Assembly (NCBI GenBank): GCA_028534125.1
Contig: CM052818.1
Location: 4,466,001 to 4,530,000, forward strand
From: Lama glama
Taxonomy: Eukaryota
Length of the DNA stretch: 64,000 nt
Direction: 5' to 3'
Below, one piece after another: positions 60,661 through 64,000 of the stretch. The number at the start of each line of letters is the position of its first letter. Positions within the stretch are counted from its first letter, which is position 1. The notes beneath the pieces were generated by a model, which was not told the origin of the DNA, ran no database searches, and worked only from the letters and a program-made list of their open reading frames with translations. Made by a program: the position numbers and the translations under genes.

Positions 60661-61911
60661 TATGGCGAGCATACAAACAATTCTTAATTAAATTAAATTT
60701 AAATTTGAAGAGTTACACATGACCAATGGCTATCATATTCGACAATGTAGTTCTGGAGTATAAACCTCAAGACTGAATTGAGAAGAGGCAGCTAGCCTCT
60801 TGAGCTCTCATGCGCTGCCCTGGCTTTGGTGGGAGGGTGGGTGGAGCATAATTTTTCAGGCAAATCTCTTAGCAGTGGATAGTCACAGGGTTGAGGGGTG
60901 TGGGGGGTAGGTACTCGCCAAGTAGAGGGGATGAGGCACTAGCACGCCCCCTACAGGTTACAGGATGATCAACCGGGTCATCCTGACATCCTATTTTCAT
61001 CCCACTTTGTAGATTTTCCAAGAACTGAATTATAGCCATTGAATAACCTGAAGCCAACAATTGGCCATTGACTTCATACAACAGGACAACATTACCAGTT
61101 CCCAGAGCTGCTGGTTTCTCTCCCGCCTCATTCTCAAATCGTCCCTGGCAATTCTTCTACTGATTTGCTGTTCCCGAGAGGAGGGTCATGATGTTCTGCG
61201 TAAGTAGACAGAGGAATCTTTTCTGGGGGCTTCTGATTATTAGTTATTTCAGCCTTAGAGAGGAAATTTCTTTCATTTTACACTGTCTACTACAATCTTG
61301 GAGATTGTTAGCCGAACAGCTCTAAAAAGGAAAAAAAAAACTTTGCCCTTTCTACACTAAAGTGTCATAGACATGAAGTTATAAATGAGGAAACCCAGGT
61401 TCATGTTTTATTTATACCTATTATACTTGATTTATGGTGTTGAAAAACACATTCAGCTTAATTTATGCAGGAATTAACTTTGGTAGAGATTAATTTAGGA
61501 TCTATGGCCCCTTCCTAAAATATATCATCTCTATTCATAATCTTGGCTTGTGGACAGAGATGATAGTGAGTTAAAAAAAAAAAAGAAAGAAACCATAAAC
61601 AAAACCAAAAACCTTCCAAAGGCAAATACTTTAAGTCCTTAAAATGAGGATAACAGATGGTTTTAAAATTAGAATCCCTTGGATTTCATTGACAGAAACA
61701 GAATTTAGAATTAACCTAGTGGTCTTTTCCACTGAGTTTGGACATTCAGTAAAGAGTTTTATATGAAAATACATAAAACAGAAAAAAAACCCAAAAAACA
61801 GGACCTTGCTACACAGTAATGCTTAAAAATAAGGAATTAAGAACTCTTAAATATTTAACTAGTAATATTCTTATGTTATCTTTGTCACATCTTTATAGAC
61901 TACCAGGCGGA

Positions 61912-61952
61912 TGTGTGTGTGTGTGTGTGTGTATGTGTGTGTATGTGTGTGT
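61912..61952. repeat. Interrupted (TG)n microsatellite
   Basis: Directly visible. Confidence 0.9.
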
Positions 61953-64000
61953 TAGGAGCAGAAATGGATGGGAAGGAGAGGAAAAAAAAAAAAGGGGAAA
62001 AATAAAAAACCCAAAGGGAAGAACAAAATACAGCTTGGAGCCTCCGGAGAGTCAAGGGAAAAGCGGGCAATAGATGTCATGCCGAACGCAAAAAACATAC
62101 TAGTTTACCAGGAGGAATTAATTTTGGTTTTGTTTCAGATAATTGTCTTTATTTAAGAAAGCTGTCTTTATTAAAAAAAAAAAAAACAAAAACAAACAAA
62201 TAACATAGTTGAGGGTCTCTTTTTTCTTTTTCTTTTCTTAGACCCTCACAACTTTAGTACCGACTGAGGTGAGTCACCTGCTGACGCTAGCAGCCTGGCC
62301 CCAGCTGACAGCTGTATTTGTAACCCCTGGCTCTAAGGATGCTGTTCAGAGGTCATCACACCTGCCTCTTTCTGTTTTTCGTTTTTGTTTTTGTTTTTTA
62401 GACTGTGGATTTCTTTTTTCTTTTTTTTTTTTTTTTGCCTCTTCTGTTGAAGCCTCAGGCAGGTAGAGAAGGGGACAACTCATTTTGTTGTCAGATGACA
62501 CCCCCTTTCCCCGGCGATTAGTGTTTCTTTTTTTTCTGAGCCTCTGGCACTGTCATCACCCAGCCTCCAGCCAGCGCCCAGAACTCCAGGCCATCTCTGG
62601 TTATGGGCCGGGGTACCACAGGAGAGTGTCTGGGGAGAGGATTCCAAAAAGGCCTCTCTCGTAGGTGGGGTCCTGTCAGTTTTTACTGGTTAAAAAAAAA
62701 TAAATACAGGAGCATCCTTCCTGGCTTTGTGTTTTACTGGACAGAAGCAGAGAGTATCTAATATTAAGTCATCATCCTGTAGCTTATGGGACCAGGGAGT
62801 AATTCTGGTTTGTTTGCTCTTCGACTGTGTCCTTGGCGGCTGCATGATTTAGTTCTGAAAAGGAGAACAAATCTCTCTCTTTCACCAGCCCTCCACGAAG
62901 AGCAAGGCGGAAAGCTTAGTCAAGTGTGCAAATCTCTACTGTGAGCTTCTCTGCCACGTCTGGGGGAACCACTGGCCCTTGAAAGCTGTCACAGACAGAG
63001 AAGAAGCGAGGTTATAACATGATTGGACATGGAGTTTTCCAGGCCCCACTCAGAAATGTGGACAGTGCGGCTTTCAAGGCACCATTTCAGGAGATTAAGA
63101 TTTGAAATTGTGTTGCTTTATCTTAATGTTTTTCTTTCTCAGGCTTTTCTTAGGCCTCGCCGTGGAGTTCTGTTCCCCACCACCACCTCCCACCCAGTGT
63201 ACATACGAAGGTTTGCAACGCTTCATGCTTGAAGACTTGAGGCAAATGGAATAAATTCAATGTGCCCGACTTCCTAGTCCTTGGCTCCACGTGCATTTGC
63301 TTGCTGTGAAGAGACGAGCATGTGAGGAAAACATATTCCTGCTGGAGGAATGGCTCCTTCTCATACATAATCGCTCTTTTTGATTTGTCCTTTGTGTCTT
63401 ACCAGAGGAGATTATGAAAGAGGCTGGCTCCGTGGCTCCAAGGCCTCTCAGCCTCAGCTCTGTGGGATGGGCCTCATCTCCAGGCCTCCTTGCCTCCATC
63501 CCAGTTTCACTAGCAGCAACAGCTGGGCTGACACCACCTCCCCCGCACTCTTCTCAACTCCCTCACTTTCCCTGAGCTTCTTACAGGCCTGGAGCCCCTG
63601 GGCTTTTGGCTGCTGAAACAAAAGCTAAAAGAAACCTGCTTAGCTCCGCTCTCACTGTGCTGAAACACCTCCATGGCCAGGGCACAAATTCTTCCACTTC
63701 CTGTCCTGTGGCAGCTGGAGCCGCTGGCCTCAGATCCCTGGCTTAAGGGTCTTGGAGAAGTTGAGACCAAACTCTGGGTCCCAAAGGGACGAGCAGGTTC
63801 AACCCCAGCCCAGCTGCTTCTGTTTCCTGAGAAGTGTGAATGAAAAATGTTGCTTGTCACAGCAGCACGCAAAGGATGCTGCAGCCATCAAGCCAGCAGC
63901 CACTACCCCAGCCCCCTCCCCACTCCACCACGGTGAGCCCTGAGGGAACTCAGGTTGGACACAAACAGTCCAAGCCCTCAGCCCCTGCAGCCCCCCACAA

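Noticed and set aside
1..64000. CRISPR arrays, operons or other prokaryotic-type systems
   Set aside because: The sequence is intron-exon structured mammalian DNA; no regularly spaced repeats or long uninterrupted ORFs are present.

Overview
Mammalian genomic DNA, most likely a camelid, judged from tRNA-Ala-derived Vic-1-like SINEs and artiodactyl-type L1 tails. The window carries the conserved PPP3R1-PNO1-DNAAF10(WDR92) block. (1) The last four coding exons and ~2.1 kb 3' UTR of PPP3R1 (calcineurin B1, + strand); exons 1-2 were not found and presumably lie upstream. (2) A complete 7-exon PNO1 (- strand, 759 nt CDS, 252 aa). (3) A complete 8-exon DNAAF10/WDR92 (+ strand, 1074 nt CDS, 357 aa), head-to-head with PNO1 across a CpG-island bidirectional promoter. 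All exons were placed by hand using GT/AG boundaries and reading-frame continuity. The rest is intron or intergenic sequence with L1, L2, MIR, MER5A/MER58, a near-full-length Tigger1 fossil, MLT1 LTRs and a MER41-like solo LTR. I found no new protein-coding system. The most interesting unexplained signal is an orphan CpG-rich promoter-like element at ~58.6-59.3 kb, with a candidate downstream 27-nt exon. There are also several splice-architecture and transposon-history oddities. Repeat family names and orthologue comparisons come from recalled consensus sequences, not from database searches.
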